Source of the DNA: an uncultured Alphaproteobacteria bacterium
GTDB lineage: Bacteria; Pseudomonadota; Alphaproteobacteria; CAZEQG01
Length of the DNA: 32,950 nucleotides
Assembly (NCBI GenBank): GCA_964514295.1
Contig: CAZEQG010000001.1
Span: forward strand, 1-32,950
Direction: 5' to 3'
Notes under the pieces: model-generated
What the model was told of the DNA's origin: nothing
Seen by the model: only the letters and a program-made list of their open reading frames with translations
The model's database searches: none
Translations under genes and position numbers: made by a program
Shown here: positions 1-9,300 of the stretch, piece after piece
Layout of the letters: each line of letters starts with the position of its first letter
Position numbering within the stretch: the stretch's first letter is position 1

Positions 1-330
1 CGCCTGGCCGTGATCGCCGCGCTGCGCAACGCGATCCGCGCGGTCGGCAAATTCGCCGCGCTGCGCACCTACGCGCCAGAGACCGATCAGCGGGCCGCCC
101 TGATCCTGGCCGCCGAGCGCCTGCGCGATCTGGGCTGGCGGCTGGATGCCGAGACCTTCTTCGCCAAACAGCGCGATCTACCCGGCGATGCAATGATCCG
201 GGCGCTGCTCGGCGGCCTCTATCCCGGCCGCCCGGTGCGCTGTGCCCTGTTGTGGACCGACGGCCCGCTGCTGATGGCGCTGCCGGCGGCGCTGCTGGAC
301 GCCGCCCTGCCGCTGGCCGCCGCCGGCTGA
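1..330 (+). CDS. 3' end of a chromosomal gene (C-terminal fragment; AddA-like double-strand-break repair helicase C-terminus is only a tentative guess)
   Basis: Frame 1 is open from the window edge to the TGA at 328-330, with G/C-biased third positions. The C-terminal block LYPGRPVRCALLWTDGPLLMALPAALLDAAL resembles the conserved end of alphaproteobacterial AddA from memory. I cannot recognise the upstream nuclease motif, so the product is uncertain. Confidence 0.35.
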   Translation, partial: RLAVIAALRNAIRAVGKFAALRTYAPETDQRAALILAAERLRDLGWRLDAETFFAKQRDLPGDAMIRALLGGLYPGRPVRCALLWTDGPLLMALPAALLDAALPLAAAG

Positions 331-339
331 GGCGCCGGC

Positions 340-1833
340 TCAGCCCTCGCAGTTCTCCGCCACGAAGCGGTCCAGCAGGCGGACGCCGAAGGCGGAGGCG
401 CCCTTGGGCACGGTCGGCTTGTCCTTGTCGTACCAGGCCATGCCGGCGATATCGATGTGCACCCAGGGCACGTCGTTGGTGAAGCGCTTCAGCAGCATCG
501 CCGCGGTGATGCTGCCGCCCCAGCGGCCGCCGGTGTTCTTCATGTCGGCGATGTCGGACTTGATCTGCTCGTCATAGGCCTCGTCCAGCGGCATCCGCCA
601 CACCGGCTCGCGGACCGCCTTGCCGGCGGCGATGAGCTGGCCGGCAATGGCGTCGTCCGTCGAATAGAAGCCGGCATACACGCTGCCCAGCGCCACCACG
701 ATGGCGCCGGTAAGGGTGGCGAGGTCGATCATGAAGCGCGGCTTGAAGCGGTCCTGGCAGTACCACAGGCAATCCGCCAGCACGAGCCGGCCTTCGGCAT
801 CGGTGTTGATCACCTCGATGGTCTGGCCGGACATGGTGGTGACCACATCGGAGGGGCGCTGGGCGTTGCCATCGGGCATGTTCTCGACCAGGCCGACGAT
901 GCCGACCGCATTCACCTTGGCCTTGCGTGCGGCCAGCGCGCGCATCAGGCCGATCACCGTGCCGGCGCCGCCCATGTCCCACTTCATGTCTTCCATGCCC
1001 TGGGCCGGCTTGATCGAGATGCCGCCGGTATCGAAGCACACGCCCTTGCCCAGGAAGGCGACCGGCGGCTTGTCGCTGCCCTTCAGACCCTTCCACTGCA
1101 TGACCACCATCTTCGATTCCCGGGCGCTGCCCTGGCCGACGCCCAGAAGGGCACCCATGCCCAGCTTCTTCATCTCCTTCTCGCCCAGCACCTCGACCTC
1201 GAGGCCGACCTCGGTCAGCCCCTTGCAGACCTCGGCGAGGCTCTCGGGATGGATCACATTCGGCGGCTCCGACACCACGTCGCGGGTCAGGAACACCGAT
1301 TCGGCAAGCCCCTCCAGCACCTCGAAGCGCTTCTTGGCGGCCGCCGACTCGGCCACCTGCACGGTCAGCTTCTTCAGGCTCGGCTTGTCCTCGGCCTTCT
1401 CCCTGGTGCGGTACTTGTCGAAGCGGTAGGCCCGCAGCATCGCCCCGAAGCCCAGCGCCGCCGCCCGCTCGGCCAGGTCGCCCTTGGCCCCCTCGCTGGC
1501 GTCGAAGGCAACCACCGCCTCGCCTTCCGGCGCCTTCGCCAGGGCCGCGGCAATGTTGCCGCCGGCATCCTCGACCAGGGCGACGTCGACCGCATCCGGC
1601 TTGCCAAGGCCATAGAGCAGGATCTGCGACAGCTCGGTGCCGGCCGGCGCAAGCAGGCTCAAGGTCTGGTGCGCCTTGCCAGTGAAACGACTGGCCGCGA
1701 TCGCGCGGGTGACCGCACCGCCGGAGATACGGTCAAGTTCGGCCGCGGTCGGCAGCAGGGCCTTGCTTTCATGCACCCCCACCACCAGGACGCCCTTCTT
1801 CGGCAGCGCGGGCTTGGCGAACGCGATCTTCAT
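340..1833 (-). CDS. pepA: leucyl aminopeptidase, M17 family
   Basis: 497 aa from the ATG at 1833, with a GGAAGG Shine-Dalgarno 7 nt upstream; the longer track start at 1875 has none. M17 hallmark blocks are present: VCFDTGGISIKP, VGLVENMPDG and the NTDAEGRL signature (VINTDAEGRLVLADCL). Confidence 0.93.
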   Translation of the reverse strand: MKIAFAKPALPKKGVLVVGVHESKALLPTAAELDRISGGAVTRAIAASRFTGKAHQTLSLLAPAGTELSQILLYGLGKPDAVDVALVEDAGGNIAAALAKAPEGEAVVAFDASEGAKGDLAERAAALGFGAMLRAYRFDKYRTREKAEDKPSLKKLTVQVAESAAAKKRFEVLEGLAESVFLTRDVVSEPPNVIHPESLAEVCKGLTEVGLEVEVLGEKEMKKLGMGALLGVGQGSARESKMVVMQWKGLKGSDKPPVAFLGKGVCFDTGGISIKPAQGMEDMKWDMGGAGTVIGLMRALAARKAKVNAVGIVGLVENMPDGNAQRPSDVVTTMSGQTIEVINTDAEGRLVLADCLWYCQDRFKPRFMIDLATLTGAIVVALGSVYAGFYSTDDAIAGQLIAAGKAVREPVWRMPLDEAYDEQIKSDIADMKNTGGRWGGSITAAMLLKRFTNDVPWVHIDIAGMAWYDKDKPTVPKGASAFGVRLLDRFVAENCEG

Positions 1834-1871
1834 CGGGGAACCTTCCACGGGGCAGGAGTGTCGAGGGTTTG

Positions 1872-1900
1872 GCAATAGCCCCGGCCCGGGCAGGCGTCAA
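1872..1900 (-). promoter_or_regulatory. candidate sigma70-type promoter of pepA
   Basis: The minus strand reads TTGACG (1900-1895), 17 nt, TATTGC (1877-1872), about 40 nt upstream of the pepA ATG. This is a sequence match only. Confidence 0.3.
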
Positions 1901-1915
1901 TTCCATCCTCGTGTC

Positions 1916-1949
1916 GGCCGCGCAAAAACACGACGGCGGCCTTGTTTTC
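1916..1949 (+). terminator. GC hairpin plus T-tract in the pepA/prophage junction (function and orientation uncertain)
   Basis: GGCCGC (1916-1921) pairs with GCGGCC (1936-1941) across a 14-nt loop and is followed by TTGTTTTCT on the plus strand. No plus-strand gene feeds into it, so it may be a bidirectional or relic terminator separating the prophage lysis genes from pepA. Confidence 0.25.
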
Positions 1950-2030
1950 TGCGGGTTTCCGGGCGTGCGACAGGCGCGATCCATAAGAACGCACGCGGTA
2001 CGAAATCGCACAGGAGTCGGCACAGTGGGC

Positions 2031-2228
2031 TTATAGCCCGCACACCCCCTGCCACGCCTCGTTGTGCGCCAGGATCGCCCGCAAGGTCGGGTCCGTCAGC
2101 GCGTCCTGACGGCTCAGCAGGATCGGCCGCACCCACTCGCAGCCGGAGCGGCTAATCGCGGGTCCACCTGTCGCGCAGCCGGCCAAGCTCGGCAGGATCA
2201 GCAGCAGCGATACGGTCATCCGTCGCAT
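2031..2228 (-). CDS. o-spanin-like outer-membrane lipoprotein (Rz1/LysC-like)
   Basis: 65 aa from the ATG at 2228: MRRMTVSLLLILPSLAGC has a canonical lipobox (LAGC). The gene starts inside the preceding i-spanin-like ORF in another frame and extends beyond it, the overlapped spanin architecture. It is the last gene of the lysis cassette. Confidence 0.65.
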   Translation of the reverse strand: MRRMTVSLLLILPSLAGCATGGPAISRSGCEWVRPILLSRQDALTDPTLRAILAHNEAWQGVCGL

Positions 2229-2367
2229 GGCGCACCTCGGCATTGCGCAGTTGCCCGGCCTGGCCTTCGGCGCGTGCCTGGGCGGCGCCGGCATCGAGAA
2301 GCTGCTTGCGGCCCAGATAGGTCAGCAGGGTGTCGAGGATGGAGAGGGCGGCCGTCAGCCACGTCAC
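2152..2367 (-). CDS. i-spanin-like protein (N-terminal TM helix plus charged coiled region)
   Basis: 71 aa with a GTG start overlapping the upstream stop (GTGA). It has an N-terminal hydrophobic segment (WLTAALSILDTLLTYL) followed by a charged Ala/Arg/Glu-rich tail, and it overlaps the lipoprotein gene. It is short for an i-spanin. Confidence 0.5.
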   Translation of the reverse strand: MTWLTAALSILDTLLTYLGRKQLLDAGAAQARAEGQAGQLRNAEVRHATDDRIAAADPAELGRLRDRWTRD

Positions 2368-2582
2368 TGCCGACGCTCCAGGTCATCCCAGATGCGATCT
2401 GCGCTGCGCATGTCCGCCGCAGTCACGAGGATCGGCCCGCAGCCACAGTGGGGGCTGTCGTGGTGCGTGAACCCCATCCCAAGATCGCGGTGGATGAACA
2501 CGTCGCCATCCTCTGGACGCGCAAGAAACCGCGCCTCCGCAAGCGCCTCGGCAAAGCCCTCGGGTGCGGTTCCGGCGCTCAT
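2364..2582 (-). CDS. hypothetical 72-aa Cys/His-containing protein inside the lysis cassette
   Basis: ATGA overlap with the holin stop and GTGA overlap with the i-spanin start. No TM segment is present. It contains HHDSPHCGCGP. I recognise no family. Confidence 0.5.
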   Translation of the reverse strand: MSAGTAPEGFAEALAEARFLARPEDGDVFIHRDLGMGFTHHDSPHCGCGPILVTAADMRSADRIWDDLERRQ

Positions 2583-2815
2583 GGCGCGGGCTCCGCGAAG
2601 CTGGCGCGCAGTTTGTCGTCGATGCGCTTGGCGATGTCCTGGACGCTCGGCGGCACCATGTAGCCGACAAGGGTCATGGCGCCCCCGACGATGCCGGCGG
2701 CGGCATCGGGCGGCAGGGTGAAGCCGAGGCGCTCGGCCAGCAGGATCAGCGCCCAGGCGGCGATGCCGGTGAGGCCGGCGGCGAGAATCTTGCGGTCGGG
2801 GATGTACTTCGACAT
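2579..2815 (-). CDS. holin candidate (two predicted TM helices)
   Basis: 78 aa with two hydrophobic stretches (AAGLTGIAAWALILLA and AAAGIVGGAMTLVGYMV) and a charged C-terminal tail. It sits directly downstream of the endolysin. Confidence 0.6.
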   Translation of the reverse strand: MSKYIPDRKILAAGLTGIAAWALILLAERLGFTLPPDAAAGIVGGAMTLVGYMVPPSVQDIAKRIDDKLRASFAEPAP

Positions 2816-2816
2816 G

Positions 2817-3335
2817 TCAGTTCTCCTTGGGGTCGATGAAGAATGTCGCCCGGTTGAGCCAGCCGCCGAGCCATTTGAGCTGGGCGGGATCGGCCTGGAC
2901 GATGCGGCCGATCTTGCGCACCCGGGTGGCCGCCAGCCGCAGGCCCAGCGCCTGGGGATCGGCGGCGTTCACGGCGGCCGTGGTGCCGGCGCCGAAGATG
3001 CCGTCATCGGCCACGCCCACCGCGGCCTGCAGCCATTTGGTGGCGCGGCCCGGCCCGTGCAGCACGCCGATATCGACCACCTGGTGGCGCAGACCGTCAT
3101 CGGCGATGCGGTCGAATTTCGGCTCGACGATGTAGCGCCGGGCATAGATCGCGCGCGCCTCCGCCTCCCCCAGCGCGGCCACCTCGGCCGCCGTCACCGG
3201 CCGGCCGCGCCACGCCGCAAGGGTGGCCTGCGTGATGCCGCCCTTGGTGGGGCCGCCCCGGTCGGCCGGATCGTCGCTGTAGGCCGGCCAGCCCTCGCGC
3301 TTCAGGATGTCGTCGAGGATTGCGTCGTGCGCCAT
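2817..3335 (-). CDS. endolysin, glycoside hydrolase family 108 N-terminal domain plus PG_binding_3-type C-terminal domain
   Basis: LKREGWPAYSDDPADRGGPTKGGITQATL matches the GH108 catalytic block (EGG-Y..DP.DRGG.T.yGIT). The C-terminal half resembles the peptidoglycan-binding domain that accompanies GH108. I chose the ATG at 3335 because a GGAGG lies 8 nt upstream; the track start at 3344 is a GTG. Confidence 0.85.
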   Translation of the reverse strand: MAHDAILDDILKREGWPAYSDDPADRGGPTKGGITQATLAAWRGRPVTAAEVAALGEAEARAIYARRYIVEPKFDRIADDGLRHQVVDIGVLHGPGRATKWLQAAVGVADDGIFGAGTTAAVNAADPQALGLRLAATRVRKIGRIVQADPAQLKWLGGWLNRATFFIDPKEN

Positions 3336-3389
3336 CGGCGGCACCTCCGTGCGGTCGGATCGATCTTTCAGGTGGCGGACTGTTTCGGC

Positions 3390-6300
3390 TTAAGGCGGGA
3401 CCGCCGTGCCTTCCAGGGTCCTGCTGCGCCGCTGCGCCAATTCAGTCTGCCTTTCGACAAGCCGCAGTATCTGGCGGCCGTACTCAGCTTCGCTGATCCT
3501 GCCCCGTGCGCGCTCGCGGTCGAGCGAACGCGCCTGCGCCCGCAACTCGCGCTCGATCCGATCAAACTCGCGGCCATGGAAGTAGAAGCCGTCATCCACG
3601 CTGTGCGGCTTGATCTTGATGCCCACAGAGGAGGCCAGGGCTTGCGGCACGGAGTATGGCCGGTCGCGCCAATCTCGCACTCCGGTGATCGCGTCGCCGA
3701 TCTTCGACCAGTACCACGAGCCCGGAATCCACGCCGCAGAAGGCATCCAAGCTTTCCAGAGGTAGTTCCCCACCTTTCCCGCCTTGTCGCCCAGAGTGTC
3801 GGTGTATTCGTTCACGATCCGCTGGCCAGTGAAGCCGGACTTGTTCAACATCAGCTCGGACGCCAGCATCAGCGGGCCGCCGAACTGCAGCCAGGATGGC
3901 ATCGGAAGCGCACTGGAGCCCTGGTTGGTGTCGAACACGTCACCGGCCGGAATCCAGCGTCGCACGTCCAGGAACACGGGATTGCCGGAGTCATCCGACC
4001 ATGGCATGCGCCACATTCGCGGCGCCCCGATCCAGGTATAGCCCTGCTCCTGCTCGCGCATGCTGCGGCGCTGCCGCTCTTCGTCGTCGCCGTCCCCGGT
4101 GATCATGTAGGCCAGCTCATCGAGCATGAAGGCGACGAGTGCATACTTGGCCAGCTTCCACGGCCGGACGGCAACCGACTTGGCGATCACCGGAACGGCC
4201 CGGTAAGTGTATGACAGGAACGGTAGGACGGTGCGCCGCGCGGCGTTGATCAACGGCGCCCGAATGTCGTAGTCGAGGAACTGTTCACGGGCCTCGCGCG
4301 CTGCCTGCTCGACGCTGTAGCCCTGCGACCGTCGGCGCAGATAGGTCGCCATGCGGAACACCTCATCCTCAAGCCGATAGAGGTCTAGCATTGCCGTATC
4401 GGCGCGCTTCAGTCCGCTCCAGATGGCGTCCAGAACCTTGCCAAGCAGGCCGGCCGTAGCCTCCATGCCCCCCTTTCCGCCCTGCATATCCCGCTCGATC
4501 TCTTGCAGCAGAGGTTCCAGCGTGTTCTTCCGGATCTCGATCGACATCATGTCGGTGCCAAACGCGCCCGCCTCTACGGCGGCCTGATAGTCTGCATCGC
4601 CGCGCACCAGCGACCGGATGCCGCGCGCCAGATCGACGGCCCGCACGTCGGCAAGGTCCATCAGAACGGCGTTCGACATGACGTTGTTCATGTGCACCAC
4701 GGGCGCGCGCGCAGTGTGGTTCAGCTTAAACTGCCGCATCAGGCTGTCCCACCAGATGGGCTGCTGCATGCGCTCGATTTCCTGGATGTCGCGCCAGATC
4801 TCCGCGCGCACGAAACGGCCGGCGAGTGCGCCATAGCGCTTGGTCGAGGACTTCTCGATGGTGGTGTCCGGCACCTTGACCCACTGCACGTCCGGGTCCG
4901 CCCAGAACCTGCTGTAGTCCGCCGCCTCCTTCCACCCGGCCCCTTCCGGCGGTTCTTCCGTCGACCATTCCGGGTTTTCGGCGATATCCTTGTAGAAGCG
5001 GCCTGTCGCAAGATCATGCGCCATCGCCATGTAGGTTTTGGCGATCGTGTAGCGGGCGTCGACGATCTCCCCCATCCGCTCGCGCTCGGCCTTCGTGAAG
5101 TCGCGCCAGAGAACAAGCTTGCCACCCTTGCGCCCCCGCACCTCCCAAACACCCCGATCAACGAAGCCTTCGTAGCGCTCCGGCACCTCCGCGCCGTCCG
5201 GAAGATAGACGCGCTGCCTTACCTTTCCGTCTTCGATCCTGTCGAGCACCTGGAAGCGGTCACCACTCGCTGCCGTCAGGTCGCCGACAGCCGCCGGGGC
5301 GGCTTCGATCCACATGCCGCGCCCCTTGAACTGATCGCCGACGATCTTCTTTCGCCTGGCTCCGGCAAGCCGCGCAACCCAGCGCACAAGGCTGTTCTGG
5401 TCGGTCTCGTGCTTCAGGTAGACGCGGTGCAGGTAAGCGCCGCGATTGCGCTCATAGGCTTCCGCCGACAGCAACCCCAGGTCGACCGCCTCCCGCCCCA
5501 TGCTGTCGATGGCGTTGCGCACAGGCTCCGACAGCTTGGCCATGTCAGCGTCGGGCACCGTCTCTCCGGTCAGCACCGCCTGCAGGACCTTTGCCTCGGC
5601 GAGGCCGATGCCAGCGTCCCGGAAGGTGGCCATCAATTCCGGTATCTGCGCCTGGATGCGGCGTTCATCGAGGGCGCGCTTGCGGTCGCGCTCGACGTAG
5701 GCCGGATCGAGCCCGTAGCGGTCGACCAGCGCCGCCCGCGCCTTGTGCAGGAAGCCGTTCATCCAGGCCATCCGGCCATCATCGCGGAACTCGGCCTGGG
5801 TGATCACGCGCTTCGCCTGATCCGACAGCCACAGGCCGGGCTGCCACCGGCCGCGCCGGTCGAGGCCGCCAAAAACATCAAAGGGGATGCGCATCACCCG
5901 GTCGAGCGGCTGCGACTCGATCAGCCGCATCATCAGCGAGCGCCGGGCGGCGGCCCCGCCAGCGCTCCCGGCACCGGCATCTTCTGCGTCCCGGCGCTGT
6001 TCTTCGGACAGCGGAATGCCGGTGCGCTCGAAGACGGTCTTGTCGTCGGCGGACGAAGGGGCTACATCAACGTCAGACTGGCGCAGCGCATCGGAAGGTG
6101 CGTTAGGAAGCCCAACCCTCCCGAGATATTCGGCCAGCGTTGGGGACGCGTGTGACGGTCCGGCACGCCGCCAGTCCTCTTCCCACCTTCTCTTTTCCGC
6201 CATCTTCACGGCAATTTGTCGCTTTGTCAGGCGGTAGACGGAGACAACCCGCAATGTCTCTCCATCCCTGGCGACGACAAGTCGCATCGCTGGTGCTTCG

Positions 6301-9300
6301 CCAACCGACTCCCTGAATACCATCGCTCTGCCCGGGGCGAACGGAAACCAACCATCCGGCTTTGCAAGCACGAAATTGATGTCGTCGCGAACCGCCTGTG
6401 AGCCATCGTAATATTCTGGGTGTCGGGCCGCCAGATGCACCGGATTGGCTACTAGGCGAACATTCGGCATGCCCATCCATTCGGCGGTGGAATTTGGGAC
6501 CTTGAAGGCTTCAGATTCGTCACGCCCCCAGGCCGCCGCCTCTCGTGCCGGCGCGGCCGTCCGGCCCTGCCTGGCTGCCCTTGCCAGCCGCCCCCGCTCC
6601 AGGTCGCGGAATATCTCCTCGACGATCTGCTCGGGCTTCAGCAGCCGGCCCCGGAACTGCTTCAGCACGTCGGCCAGGAAGTCGCGCAGGGCACGGAAGG
6701 CGCGGGCGATGATGCCGGTTTCCTCAAGCCGCCCGAGCGACCATTCGCCATAGGCGTCGGCCACCGCTTCCTCGATCTGCATGTCGAGCGGCAGGTCGGG
6801 GTAGCGCGCCTTGATCTGGTAGCGCTCGATCCACACGGCCCGCGCCCGCGCATCGAGGCTGCGCCATGCCTTCTCCGATATCATGCCGGTGCGCCGGGCG
6901 ACGTGCAGCAGCTCGTGCCGGGCGGTGGCGAGCACCTCGCTGTCGGCGTAGGCTTCGTCGCCGGCCTTCAGCGCCAGGGCAAGGAAGCGCTGATAGGGGC
7001 GGCCGGGCACCGAAATCAGGGCGCCACGGACGGGGATCAGGGACTGTCCCTGCCGCTCCATGACTTCCTCGAACAGCCCGACCTCGATCTGCACATCCGG
7101 GCCGGCAATGCGGCGTACCGCCTTCTCGATCTCTGCCTTCGCCCGGGCAAGCCGCGCCGCCATCGCCGGGTCTGCCGACAGGCGCGCCTCGACATCGGGG
7201 GCAAGCTCGATCGCTGCGTCGGGTTGCTGCGCTCCGTCCTGTCCCTCTCCCGGCCCGCCAGTCCGGCGGAAGGCGTCGGTTGTGGTGTCCGCCATCTCGA
7301 GTCGCGGCTTGTCCGGATCGACGCTCTGCCCAACGCCCCATCCGCGCCCCGTGCGCCCCGTCTCGATGTCGGAGAAAAGGTCGCGGAAGTCGACATCTCG
7401 ACCGATCGCGCGGCGAATCGCCGCCCGCACCTGATCGAACAGTCGCTTGAGCCACCGCATCGCCATCAGCAGGCGACTCTTGGCCTCGCGCCCACCGGCC
7501 GCCCACTCGGCGTAGGCTTCGGCAATCGCCTCCTCGACCATCTGCGATTCCGTCAGACCCTGGGACCCATACCTTTCGCGGATGCGGAACCGCTCGCCCC
7601 AGCCCTGTTCACGGGCCGCCGCCGCCAGCGTCCGCCAGTTGATATCGCTGATGTAGCCGGACTGGCGCAGGTAGTGGATCGCCTCGTGCCTGGCGGTGCG
7701 CTGCGCATTCGGGCCGCCAAGCGCTACATGGATGATGCCGTCGATGTAGAGGCCATAGGCGCGGTCTCGGCCAGTCGCGGGATCGATCAATCGGTCAGGC
7801 GTGCTGACCTTGGCATTTGGGGCGATGCGGGCAAGCAGGTCCGCGACGACGGCGCGCGCCATGTTGCCGTCTGTCGTGGGTGCGCCGTAGACAGCCTCGG
7901 TCGCGGCGTTGGCGCGGGCGGTGGTTCCGGCGATGTCATAGAGCGCAACGTTTCCGCCCTCGGTCTCGCGCGCCTCGATGGTGTCGAACAGCCGGTCAAA
8001 CGCTTCTCGGATGCCCTCTTGCTCCATCTCCGCAGTCGACGGATAGACTCCGCTCGTCTCATCGATGTTGGCGAGGTAGTCGTTTTCAATGTTCTGCGCT
8101 GCCATTCGGTCGACGATGTACTTCTCGAACGACCGCGCGGCGAGTTCGATGATGGTGCTCCAGTATGGTTTGGAGCGGGCCTCGTCCACCTTCATCGAAC
8201 GTCTGATGACGCTGCTACCGTTTAATGTCTTGACCAGCTTCTGGAACGCCACAAACACTTCGGGGCGCATGCTCGCCGCGACGCTTCGTGGCTTCGCGCG
8301 GTCGGTGACGAATGCGCCCTTGCGAATGTCACTACCGTCGTCCTGACGGGCGAAGTAGTTGTCGAGCGCGTGCATCCACTCGTGCGCCAGCGAGCCGGGT
8401 CCGGCGTTCTTCGTCAGGTTGATGACCACCTGCACGGGCTCAAAATGCGCTTTCGCTCTCTGACTGCCGCCATGGCCACGAGCGCCAAACGCCAGCCCGA
8501 GTTCGCCGTTTAGCGACAGCGCCCGCGATGGTACGCCGAGCGTTTCGGCCATATCCATCAGGGCATCAAATGCTTCGTTCAGGTCCTTCTGGCGTCGGCC
8601 GCCTTCGACGTAGTTGCCAAACTGCACGCCCCGGAAGCCGAATGCCTCCTGGAACTTCTCTGGCGTTACGTTCGCGTCGCGCCGCTCCGGACCATTGCGG
8701 GTACGATTCTCAGCGCGCCGCTCGTTCGGCCCAGCGCGCATACGGTCGATCTCGGCCTGCAGCTCGTCGGCGTGCTCGGCCATGTACTCGCGGGCGGACG
8801 CCGGAGTATCGAAGCCGTCCTTCAGCCGGACCACGCCGGCATAACCATTGAAGCCGATGAAAATCGCGCCGTCGCTTCGGGCCTTGTAGATTTGCAGCGG
8901 GGTACGCTTGCGGCCGGTCGTCGCATCCTTTGTGCGGTCGACGGCCCGCAAGATGAAGGAGCGCGCCGGCGGGATGATTGCTTCGAGGGTCTCGGCGCTG
9001 ATGTTGGTGCGTCGTCCGGTCGGCCCCTCCAGAGTGTAGAACATCTTCGGCGGATCGTAGCGCTTGCTGTCGAACATGCTGTAGAGCGCCAAGGTGACGC
9101 GAAACTTCGCCGCCGCCTCGATCTGCGCCGGCGGCACATCGGCGATTATGTCGACGGTGTCGGCCAGCGGGCGCAGGTTGACATACTCCGTGCCCAGCGC
9201 GCGGATCTTCTCCTGGACCTCAGCGGCCGTTTTCTCTCCCGACAGCAGGCGGCCGGACAATTCCCTGGCCACGGCGACGTGTGCGGCCCAGCGGGTCAGT

